Origin: an uncultured Bdellovibrionales bacterium
GTDB lineage: Bacteria > Myxococcota > XYA12-FULL-58-9 > CAYXVF01
Assembly: GCA_964468125.1 (NCBI GenBank)
Contig: CAYXVF010000019.1
Location: 1,975-65,974, forward strand
DNA: 64,000 bases
Direction of reading: 5' to 3'
Every line of letters starts with the position of its first letter. Position 1 is the first letter of the stretch. This document shows, one piece after another, positions 43,847 through 52,000 of this stretch. Below the pieces are notes generated by a model. That model had not been told where the DNA came from. It worked only from the letters and a program-made list of their open reading frames with translations, and ran no database searches. The translations under genes were made by a program, and so were the position numbers.

Positions 43847-44440
43847 ATGAACGCTTGGAGTGTGATCTCTTGGGTCGGCCTTGCCGGCGTGGGAATTTTG
43901 CTCGTGACCCAGGTGGGGTTTGGGGTGCGCGCGCAGGAAATTCGCTCAGCGAGCTTCGAGGACGAGGTCAAATGGGATGTGACCTACACGAAGCCGCCAC
44001 AAACCGACATCAAAGCGCGACTGACCGACATTCAGTTCTACGTGACGCAGAAAGATGGCACGGAACGCCCTTTCAAAAACGAGTTCTGGGACAACAAGAA
44101 GGCCGGCATCTACGTGGAGGTCGTCACGGGAGAGCCGCTCTTTTCGTCAACGCACAAATTCAAGAGTGGAACGGGTTGGCCGAGCTTCTGGCGCCCGCTC
44201 ATCGCAGAGAACGTGGTGGAGAAGGTGGACAAGTCTCATTTCATGGTCCGCACGGAGGTGCGTTCGAAGTACGGCGACAGCCACCTGGGGCACGTGTTCA
44301 ACGACGGCCCTGCTCCAACGGGCCTGCGCTACTGCATCAACTCTGCCGCCCTGCGTTTCATCCTCGTCGAAGACCTCGAGAAGGAAGGCTACGGCGCCTT
44401 CGAGGCTCTCTTTGAGAAGCGTGGAAAAAAGAAGAGCTAG
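43847..44440 (+). CDS. msrB: Peptide-methionine (R)-S-oxide reductase MsrB with an N-terminal signal/anchor
   Basis: AGGAGG (43831-43836) precedes ATG 43847. Motifs are [15 protein letters not shown] and RYCINS. The N-terminus is hydrophobic ([15 protein letters not shown]). Confidence 0.9.
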   Translation: MNAWSVISWVGLAGVGILLVTQVGFGVRAQEIRSASFEDEVKWDVTYTKPPQTDIKARLTDIQFYVTQKDGTERPFKNEFWDNKKAGIYVEVVTGEPLFSSTHKFKSGTGWPSFWRPLIAENVVEKVDKSHFMVRTEVRSKYGDSHLGHVFNDGPAPTGLRYCINSAALRFILVEDLEKEGYGAFEALFEKRGKKKS

Positions 44441-45267
44441 CCGTCAAAGAAGACCCCTGCTCGGACCGCGTCGTCACGGACGTTGTAGCGCAGGAGGGAT
44501 TGGCCGTAGCCGAAGAACGCTTGCAGGTAGAGACCGGGGGTGAAGCGTACGTGCTCGCCCCAGGGCGGGATCCAACGCAAGCCGAGTTGTGCCGCACCGC
44601 GATCGAAACGGAAGTTGTAGCCGCCTTTGCGGAGGAGGATCTCCGCCTCGAACTGACCGAGGTCGGTCTTTCCGCCTGAGCCATTCACGATCAGCTCACC
44701 CGGGCCCATGAAGTCGTCAATGTCTCGGTTGAACGGGTCCTTGCCGACGATGACCCAAAGACGCAGGTAGGCGCGCACGGAGGGGGTGTCGAGCGACGGC
44801 TCGCCGAAGTAGTAGACGTAGCGGGGTTCGATGTAGAAACGGTCCCAAGAGCGCGATTCCACCGAATCCTCGCCGTTGCTCTCGTGTTGGTAACCGAACT
44901 GCAGCTGATCGATGCCGCGCCCCGTGTAGTCGCGGAAACGCCAGCGAAAAATCAGCTCCGGGCTGTAGTTGTTCTCCGTGAAGGGCGAAGAACCCTCGAT
45001 ATCGTAAAGGTCCCACCAAGAGCGCTGCGTGTAGGCGAGGTAGTAGTCGAAGCGATCGCTCGTGGGCCAGAGGTTGTAGCGAAAGCTGAACTGAAACAGG
45101 ACCTGGTCCTCGCCGTCGCCGAGAAGCAGATAATTCGGGCGGTAGGCGCCGAAGTTATCCTGCTTTTCGGGGCGGACGATCGGCTCGTTCTCCGAGGCGA
45201 TTTCGGTCGGGTCGTATTCTTCGGCGGATGCCGACAACAGGACCACGACGAGAACGGCAATGTGCAC
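44437..45267 (-). CDS. pldA: Outer-membrane phospholipase A1
   Basis: Motifs are [17 protein letters not shown] and the catalytic-type YQHESNG. The beta-barrel-like alternating pattern ends with an aromatic C-terminal region. Confidence 0.85.
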   Translation of the reverse strand: MHIAVLVVVLLSASAEEYDPTEIASENEPIVRPEKQDNFGAYRPNYLLLGDGEDQVLFQFSFRYNLWPTSDRFDYYLAYTQRSWWDLYDIEGSSPFTENNYSPELIFRWRFRDYTGRGIDQLQFGYQHESNGEDSVESRSWDRFYIEPRYVYYFGEPSLDTPSVRAYLRLWVIVGKDPFNRDIDDFMGPGELIVNGSGGKTDLGQFEAEILLRKGGYNFRFDRGAAQLGLRWIPPWGEHVRFTPGLYLQAFFGYGQSLLRYNVRDDAVRAGVFFDG

Positions 45268-45378
45268 TGGAGCCTCCGACGATTCGTTGCCGAGGAGCTG
45301 CCGAGCGACGTGAGTTCCGTCGGCCCGAGCTCTTCACGCTCTTCGGCTGCGCCAGTGTGAGCGCCATCGCTACCGCGA

Positions 45379-48300
45379 TCAATGAAGTCCGACGCCTCTG
45401 TCGATCGACAGCACGACGCCGCCGTCGAGGGCTACGTGCACACGCGAAGGCTTCGTGTCCACGTCGACTCCCACCGAGGTCGCCGCGATCCCGCTCGAGC
45501 GATTCTCGATTCGCGCGGTGCCGGGCAGCGATACGACGAATCCGTCAGCCTCCGCGAGGCGTCCATCGTCCGTCAGGTGCAGAGATATTGCGCTTGCGCC
45601 CATGAACTCGAGCTCCCTGTCTCCGATCCCAATCAAAGTCCTAGGGTCCTTGTCGTCTGGCGGCTTCAGGCTGAGCCGGGTAGAGCCGTCATGCTCCCGC
45701 AGGGCCGAAAACGTTTGGTGGGCGAAACGCACCGATGAAACCTCGTCGTTCGATGCGTCGTTCACCTCCAGCTCGGCGGTCGCGTCTTCAAAGCGGAGAG
45801 ACTCGAGCCGGTGGCCCTTCATGGCGAGCTCGAACCGGGTCCCGGTCAGAGCTCCACACAAGGAGGCTCCCAACTCGATCCGGCTGCTCTTGCCGTTTGG
45901 GATCATCGAGAGCTCGCCGTTGACCATGCGAAAGGCTCCGAGGTCTCCCGCGTAGACCATGCGGTCGGTGCTCTTGTCGTAGCTGATGTCGAGAGCGCCG
46001 CCGCTCAGGCGAACGCGTCGGTCTGGATGCTCGAAATGGGCGCTCCCTCTCGCGGTGAGATGCTCAAAACCTTCGGATCCGATCTCCATCGTCATCGTGA
46101 AATCGTTCACCGCGAGAACGTCCGCGTGACGCTCGAGAACGGCATTGGGAGTCGCGCCAGCGAGGAGCGTACGTTCACGGTCCTGTCGGGCGGTGAGCTC
46201 GAAACCGGCAGGGAGCGTCAGACGCCCGAACTCGCTTTCGAGTAGCGCCCGTCCATCTTCGACGGTGAGTGTCGGATTCCCCTGGTCGTCGTAGACCAGG
46301 GATGCACGTGAGTTTTCGAGGTCCAGGTCGAGTCCGTTCTCGAGCTCCAGGGATACGGCGCCGCCGCTAACGACGACGCAGCTCAAACGTTTTTCGCTGA
46401 ACCAAGCGGTCGCGCGATTCTCCGTGGCCCGGATCGTTCCGAACTCGCCGGTGAGGTAGGCGCCGCTCGAGAGGAGCTGGACGCGTGCGAGCATACCGTC
46501 GTATTCAAAATCGAGAAGCGCATCGCTTCCACGAAGCTCTCCGACTTCCTCCGCTCCTAGGAAGATGTGCATGCGTCCGTCGATCAAATGCACGTTGCCG
46601 TCGTGAGCGATGCCGAGCTCCGCGTCGTCGAAGGCGTAGCGACGCGGACCGTCGGTGACCGCGAATCGTTTCGTCGATGCACGGACGAGCTCCACCTTGC
46701 CCGCTTCGTCCATCAGGAATCCGACCTCCGCCTTGCCGTCGCTGGCGAAACGGTGTCCCTCTACTCGGATCTTCAGGTCTTCGCCGCTCACGAGCAGCTC
46801 CGAGCCACCGTCCTCGAGCGGCGAGAGTGAAACCCGGGCCCGTTCCGCGTCGAGGGTTATTCCGCTTCGTCGTTCGTAGTGCACCGTACCCTCGGCGTCG
46901 AAGGCCGATAGGGTTCCGTCCACGAAGGCCCCATCAAAGCGGGCCTCGTGAATCAAAAGGTCGTCCGAGTCGCTGCGATGGTGTGCTTTCCGAACGTCTC
47001 CAGCGAGACGGGTGAAGCCGGCCTCCGCGTCAATCTCGACGTGAAGCTCCGCTGCGGGTGAAAGGTCGAACTCGGAATTCGAGGTGCCCAAGGTGGCTTC
47101 GCTGAACTCGCCGTCGAGGACGGAGTGACCTTCCGTATCTTGGGCCAAAACGAGTCGGCCAGAAACCAGCCGCATGAAGTCGCCGCCGTGCTGGTGGCGC
47201 AGCTCGGAGGCATCGAAGACGGTCTCTGTGCCGCCGTCCTCCATCGAGCGGATCGCAAGGGTGCCGCGTTCGACAGTGAATGTGCCGCTCGCGCTCGAAA
47301 AATACTCCGTGCGCTGGGCCTCAACCACTGCATGCTCGAAGCTGCCGTCCTCAGCGTATCGGGCGACGAGAGTGCCTCCCTCGATTTGGGCGATTCCGCC
47401 GTTCGTTCGGATCGTCATGCCCTGAGCCCCGGCAGTCGCCTGGAGCATTCCGCCGTCGGGGGAAAACTCGACCTGTCCTCCCAACCCAAAGCTCGTCACT
47501 TCGACGCCGTCCGTGCCGCGCCACGCGAGGGCGCCGGTCTCCAGAGTCGCGCGGGCCGGAGCAGCCTCCTCGTCGAGCTCCAGAGTTGCAAGGGCACCGC
47601 GCAAGTCGAGCTGGCTCCCGTCAGGCTGGGTCCAAGCCAGGTCTTCCGTATCGGCGCGAATCATCGCGAGCCGTCGTCCTTGGTAGTCGAGCTCGAGTGC
47701 GCTGGCGCCTCTGAGTGTCATTGTCCCCATGTCGGAGGAGCAGAGCTCGGTCAGGCCCGTTTCGTGATCGACCGAGCTCAAGCGCTGCCTGGGGTCCAGT
47801 CCGATCCGAAGCGACGCCTCGTGAGCAATGAGGTCACTGATCCCATCTCCGACGGTGACCGAGCGACCGGTCACGAAGATCTCTTCGGCGCTGCCTCCTT
47901 CGCCGAGGTTGACCTCGACCCCGAGATCCCCCCCGCTGAGGTGAACGCCACCGACGCGACCGTCGAGCAGCTTGCCGGTCACTTGTAGTCGGCCAGACCC
48001 ATCGACGCCCTGGTCCAGAGTGACCCGGCCGAGCTCGACGCTAAAGAGCTCGTCGCCGTCGCGAAGGCTTGTCTTGAGCGCGTCCAGGTTGACGACGAGA
48101 GCGCCCTCGCCTTCATAGAGGGCGCGCACCCGTCCGTCAGTGACCGCAAGGGTGCGCTCGTCCCGGCTGAATGAGACGGTCGAGGGATTGGCGAGCACGA
48201 TGCTAGCTGGCTCGCCGTCCGCGGCGACCATCACGAATAAGGTGCTCACTCCCTGAGCGTCCACGTCGAAGCCAGCGAGTCTTCCTGTGAGTCCCGCGGT

Positions 48301-49626
48301 ACGCAGACAATAGCGTGACCGTCCGTCGAGGTGGTCCAGGAAACACAGCTCGGCGCTGTCGAGGCTGAGCGCATCGTCTGCGGTTTGAAGGCGGGTCGTG
48401 GTCAGCTCGAAGACCGTTTCTCGCTCTCCGTCCGCGCCCTCGACGGTTCGGAGGGTCGCTGATTCAATGTGTAGAGATTCGCTCGCGCTGACGAGCGCCA
48501 GCTCTTCGAGCGTCCGGGCGAATTGCGACCCGCCCTGAGCGAGCCCAATCTCCCGTCCCGTGTCCGCTCCAAAAATCAGCCCGTCGCTGGCGTAGAGTAG
48601 CCGGTCCCCCTCGATGGCGAGCGCGAGGGGATGGGTCTGGAGAATTCGTGCATCGTCGAGCTCGATTCGCGTATCGCCCTCATCGCCGGTGACGTCGACT
48701 CGAGCTCGACGCGCACCCAGGACCGCGGCAGGGGCGTCCCGATCGCCGGAGCGCTGAATCCCGTCGACGAAGACGTCCGCAAACTCGTCAGCGACCCGAA
48801 GGCGCTCAAAGAGCCGCGGGGCACGCTCGCACTCCAGGTGGAGCACGCCTTCGTCGGCGAGTACCAGGCCGTTCGCCGTGCGGATCAACATTCCGTCGGA
48901 TTTCGCGACCACCCTGCCGGCATGCCCACCGATGCGGCTGCCCGCCGGGAGAAGGAAGCGATTGTCCGATTCGTCGACGTACTCGAAAGGCACGGGGAGC
49001 ACGGTCTCGAGCTCAGGCTCGGCGAGGGCGCGCCGCACGAGAGCGTCCATCCAGTGAAGCCTCGAAGAGTCGTCCCGCTTTGCCCAGGCGAGGGCGCTCT
49101 CGGTCAGAATCGTCCGGGTGAGCTCCGTGGCCCGCTGGAGCGCAGGGGGCGCCTGTATCGGAGCGCGAACGTCCCGAATCTCCCCGTCCTGCGTCAGAAC
49201 ACGCAACCCCTCGCGGTCGGCGAGGTGTGCGAGGATCGCATCCCCAAGGGCTTTGGCCTGTGCCCCGGCGGCACGCGCCAGGGTCGGATGGTCCGCGACG
49301 GCGCGCAGGAGCGCAACCGTCGCGCGCGCGATTCTCTCGAGAGCCAGAATCGAGCCGTCATCCCCGTGCAGGGCCTCGTGGAGCGCTCGTTGTCGGCCAC
49401 GGAATCGACCGGCACTGGCGGTACCGACGTCCGCGCTCGCCGCTCGGCCGGCCATCGCGAGCGCTCTCAGGCGGCGTTGGAGCTCGGGCTGCCCGCCGAG
49501 ATGGAAAGCGACCTCGCCCACGAGGGCGGCATCGGCGCGGAGCTGCGATTCTTCGATCTCTTCGAGGACGGCCCCGGGGCGCATTGACTCCGTCCGGGGA
49601 TCTGTTGGTCCGCCTAATCCGCTCAT
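45379..49626 (-). CDS. Giant (1415 aa) acidic hypothetical protein: helical N-terminus, long beta-rich degenerate-repeat body, no signal peptide or TM
   Basis: The 4.2-kb frame is uninterrupted and has strong GC3 bias. I recognise no known motif. The opposite-strand ORFs (47125..47988, 48631..49587) are Arg-rich shadows. An alternative start lies at ATG 49584. Confidence 0.75.
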   Translation of the reverse strand: MSGLGGPTDPRTESMRPGAVLEEIEESQLRADAALVGEVAFHLGGQPELQRRLRALAMAGRAASADVGTASAGRFRGRQRALHEALHGDDGSILALERIARATVALLRAVADHPTLARAAGAQAKALGDAILAHLADREGLRVLTQDGEIRDVRAPIQAPPALQRATELTRTILTESALAWAKRDDSSRLHWMDALVRRALAEPELETVLPVPFEYVDESDNRFLLPAGSRIGGHAGRVVAKSDGMLIRTANGLVLADEGVLHLECERAPRLFERLRVADEFADVFVDGIQRSGDRDAPAAVLGARRARVDVTGDEGDTRIELDDARILQTHPLALAIEGDRLLYASDGLIFGADTGREIGLAQGGSQFARTLEELALVSASESLHIESATLRTVEGADGERETVFELTTTRLQTADDALSLDSAELCFLDHLDGRSRYCLRTAGLTGRLAGFDVDAQGVSTLFVMVAADGEPASIVLANPSTVSFSRDERTLAVTDGRVRALYEGEGALVVNLDALKTSLRDGDELFSVELGRVTLDQGVDGSGRLQVTGKLLDGRVGGVHLSGGDLGVEVNLGEGGSAEEIFVTGRSVTVGDGISDLIAHEASLRIGLDPRQRLSSVDHETGLTELCSSDMGTMTLRGASALELDYQGRRLAMIRADTEDLAWTQPDGSQLDLRGALATLELDEEAAPARATLETGALAWRGTDGVEVTSFGLGGQVEFSPDGGMLQATAGAQGMTIRTNGGIAQIEGGTLVARYAEDGSFEHAVVEAQRTEYFSSASGTFTVERGTLAIRSMEDGGTETVFDASELRHQHGGDFMRLVSGRLVLAQDTEGHSVLDGEFSEATLGTSNSEFDLSPAAELHVEIDAEAGFTRLAGDVRKAHHRSDSDDLLIHEARFDGAFVDGTLSAFDAEGTVHYERRSGITLDAERARVSLSPLEDGGSELLVSGEDLKIRVEGHRFASDGKAEVGFLMDEAGKVELVRASTKRFAVTDGPRRYAFDDAELGIAHDGNVHLIDGRMHIFLGAEEVGELRGSDALLDFEYDGMLARVQLLSSGAYLTGEFGTIRATENRATAWFSEKRLSCVVVSGGAVSLELENGLDLDLENSRASLVYDDQGNPTLTVEDGRALLESEFGRLTLPAGFELTARQDRERTLLAGATPNAVLERHADVLAVNDFTMTMEIGSEGFEHLTARGSAHFEHPDRRVRLSGGALDISYDKSTDRMVYAGDLGAFRMVNGELSMIPNGKSSRIELGASLCGALTGTRFELAMKGHRLESLRFEDATAELEVNDASNDEVSSVRFAHQTFSALREHDGSTRLSLKPPDDKDPRTLIGIGDRELEFMGASAISLHLTDDGRLAEADGFVVSLPGTARIENRSSGIAATSVGVDVDTKPSRVHVALDGGVVLSIDRGVGLH

Positions 49627-49761
49627 CTTCCTGCCATCGTTCTTCCTCCAGTGTGTCCCCTTTCACCCGACGTTGCATGTGCAAGCGATGAGATTCGGGC
49701 GTCGCGCGAGCCCCCGGCCCCCGTGTGGGGCTGAGTAGGGAACCATGACACAAAGAGTCGC

Positions 49762-49790
49762 TTGACCCCGTCAGATCGCCCCAATACCCT
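49762..49790 (+). promoter_or_regulatory. Sigma70-like promoter candidate: TTGACC-17 nt-TACCCT, ending 8 nt before ATG 49799
   Basis: Read directly from the sequence: TTGACC at 49762-49767, a 17-nt spacer, and TACCCT at 49785-49790. There is no SD sequence between the -10 element and the ATG. Confidence 0.3.
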
Positions 49791-49798
49791 GCGATTCG

Positions 49799-50389
49799 AT
49801 GAAGACGTTGGGAATCATCGCTTTGCTCTTCGCCGCGGCACCTGTCTCTGCTGGCGAGCCGCAGGTGTTCCTGAATGGCGTCAACATCGATGGGGTGAAC
49901 AACAAGGTCTTCTACAACGCGAAGGTTCAGATCGACGCGAAGGGCAACATCTACATCACCACGGGCGAGGGGGCTGCGGCACCAGACACACGAACCGCCT
50001 CCGCGAACCCCGCGGTCGAGGAAGGCAAGCCGCCCACTCGGCGCTACTGGCTGGTGACAGAAAAGGCCGCCCCTGGAATGTCACAGTACGACGTCGATCT
50101 GTTCGTCAACGGAAAGTGGATTCGACGCTTTCTCGACCGGGAGGACCACGTGGTCATGGAGATCACAAAGCACCTCACGACCGGCAAGAACACACTGCAC
50201 TTCGTTGCGAAGAAGAACATGGGCAATGCGCGCCGGAGCACCTCGCCCCAGCACTACTTCCGAATCGTCGTGGGCGAGGGCAGCAAGGGCGGGCGAAACG
50301 TGATGATCAGCCGAAAGCTCGTCGACTACAAGCGTACCGCGCTCGAGACCGACAGCTTCAAAGACGCCTACACCATCACCGTGTACTGA
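49799..50389 (+). CDS. Secreted hypothetical protein (196 aa)
   Basis: The signal peptide is MKTLGIIALLFAAAPVSA. The composition is relatively Lys/Asn-rich. No SD-like sequence lies upstream. Confidence 0.6.
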   Translation: MKTLGIIALLFAAAPVSAGEPQVFLNGVNIDGVNNKVFYNAKVQIDAKGNIYITTGEGAAAPDTRTASANPAVEEGKPPTRRYWLVTEKAAPGMSQYDVDLFVNGKWIRRFLDREDHVVMEITKHLTTGKNTLHFVAKKNMGNARRSTSPQHYFRIVVGEGSKGGRNVMISRKLVDYKRTALETDSFKDAYTITVY

Positions 50390-50439
50390 AAGAGCGCCGG
50401 AAATTTGACCGGGTGCGATCTGCCGCTTAGCGTCGGCGC

Positions 50440-51216
50440 ATGGTGCGTTTATCTATGACTTCGACCCTCGCGGTCCTTCTTGGCGCCTGCGCGACTACCG
50501 GTGCCGTCGACTCGCAGGCAGCCGTGGCCCACTACGACCTCGGTGTCAGCGAGCTTCGTCAGGGGCAGCCTCGGGACGCGCTGCGCAGCCTGACCAAGGC
50601 GGTGGAGGCGGACCCCGAAATGGCTCGCGCCCACAACGCCCTGGGGCTCGTTTATCACGCCCTCGGTCGCGACGAAGAGGGGCTCGTGCATTATGAGGAG
50701 GCGGTGGACCTCGACCCGGAGTTCTCCGAAGCGTTCAACAACATGGGGATCCTGCTCGCCGACCTCGGGCGCTACGACGAAGCGATCGAAGCCTTTGAGA
50801 CGGCTTTGAACGACGTCCTCTATCGCTACCCGACCCACGCGGAGGCGAACATGGGCTGGGCTTACTACAAGCGAGGTGACGTCGAGAGCGCGGTTCGTCA
50901 CCTGCGCAACGCGGTCGCAACCAACCCGAAATTCTGCCGCGGCTATGAGTGGCTCGCTGTGATCGGTATCGAGCAACACCGGCCGGACCAGGCGGTGGCG
51001 AACGTGCATCGATTCGAGAAACACTGTGTGGCGGACGAAACACTTGCGAGCCAGATTCCGGCGACCTACCGCCAGGAAATGAGCTTCTACCTCGCCCGCG
51101 GCTATCATGAGCTAGGCGATACGACCGCCGCCAAAAAGAGCTATGCGGACTGCGCCCTCGCGGGTGAGACCTCGGTCGGCATCAAGTGCGCTCAGAGCCT
51201 GCGCAGCTTGCGTTGA
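50440..51216 (+). CDS. TPR lipoprotein, type IV pilus biogenesis/stability protein PilW(PilF/Tgl)-like
   Basis: The lipobox is LAVLLGAC. About six TPR units follow (ALRSLTKAVEADPEMARAHNALGLVYHALGRDEEGLVHYEEAVDLDPEFSEAFNNMGILL..). The ~250-aa size is typical of PilW. Confidence 0.55.
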   Translation: MVRLSMTSTLAVLLGACATTGAVDSQAAVAHYDLGVSELRQGQPRDALRSLTKAVEADPEMARAHNALGLVYHALGRDEEGLVHYEEAVDLDPEFSEAFNNMGILLADLGRYDEAIEAFETALNDVLYRYPTHAEANMGWAYYKRGDVESAVRHLRNAVATNPKFCRGYEWLAVIGIEQHRPDQAVANVHRFEKHCVADETLASQIPATYRQEMSFYLARGYHELGDTTAAKKSYADCALAGETSVGIKCAQSLRSLR

Positions 51217-51258
51217 TGTGTTCTAGCCACTCGCTCAACATCTGATTATTTAGACGCG

Positions 51259-51942
51259 GTGAGAGACCGCCGCACGCTCGAGCTCGAAGGGCTCGTCCTG
51301 AGCACCCGCGACTTCAGCGACTCCCATCGCATCGTCGAGGTGCTGACGGCGGAGGAGGGTCGGATTTCGCTTCTCGCCCGCGGCGGACGTGCGTCGAAGC
51401 GACGCTTTGCCGGGGCACTCGACTTGTTCGTTTCCCTCCGACTTCAGGTCTCCACCGGGGGCAATCTGTGGTCGCTCTCGGCGGCGGACGTGCTCAATGC
51501 GCGGATCGAGATCCGCCGCGATCTCGATGCGCTCGCCCGGTCGAGCCTTCTCGTGGAGCTCACGCGAGCGCTTGCGCCAGAGCATCAGTCCTCGCCCGAC
51601 CTCTACGGCGTCCTGACGGAGGCCCTCGACCGGGTGAGCCATGGCGACTGCGCGGGAGCGGCCTCGGCCTACCCGGCATTGCTGGCCGCCGCGGGGGTGC
51701 TCCCGGACGTGTCGGTCTGTGTGCGTTGTGGTGCTGACGCTCCTGGCAGTGTTCGGGACGACGGCTTTGTGTGCACGCGGTGCTCTCCCGCACGTGGCGC
51801 GTTATCCGACTCGGTCCGACGGGTGTGGTCTGGGGAACGCTGCGCGGATGCGGCGCTCGGCGATGCGGTAGAAGACGCGGTCCTGGATTTCGCCGAGCGG
51901 ACCATGGGGATTCGTTTCAAGAGCCGCCACCTGCGATTGTAA
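51259..51942 (+). CDS. recO: DNA repair protein RecO
   Basis: The start is GTG. The N-terminal OB-fold pattern is LEGLVLSTRDFSDSHRIVEVLTAEEGRISLLARG, and a Zn-finger-like CVRCG....C.RC is present. Confidence 0.8.
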   Translation: MRDRRTLELEGLVLSTRDFSDSHRIVEVLTAEEGRISLLARGGRASKRRFAGALDLFVSLRLQVSTGGNLWSLSAADVLNARIEIRRDLDALARSSLLVELTRALAPEHQSSPDLYGVLTEALDRVSHGDCAGAASAYPALLAAAGVLPDVSVCVRCGADAPGSVRDDGFVCTRCSPARGALSDSVRRVWSGERCADAALGDAVEDAVLDFAERTMGIRFKSRHLRL

Positions 51943-52000
51943 ATCTCGAGCGACGACTGTTTCCTTCCGCCTTCTATTTTGCCGAAAATGCGAGTAGCAC

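Noticed and set aside
43837-44543. The alternative-frame ORFs 43837..44415 and 44055..44543, overlapping msrB.
   Set aside because: The 43847 frame has the SD sequence, the signal anchor and all the MsrB motifs. The other frames are Arg-rich with no motifs.
47125-49738. Plus-strand ORFs 47125..47988, 48631..49587, 49118..49738 and others inside the giant gene.
   Set aside because: They are fragmented, Arg-rich and lie opposite a single uninterrupted 4.2-kb frame with consistent codon bias.
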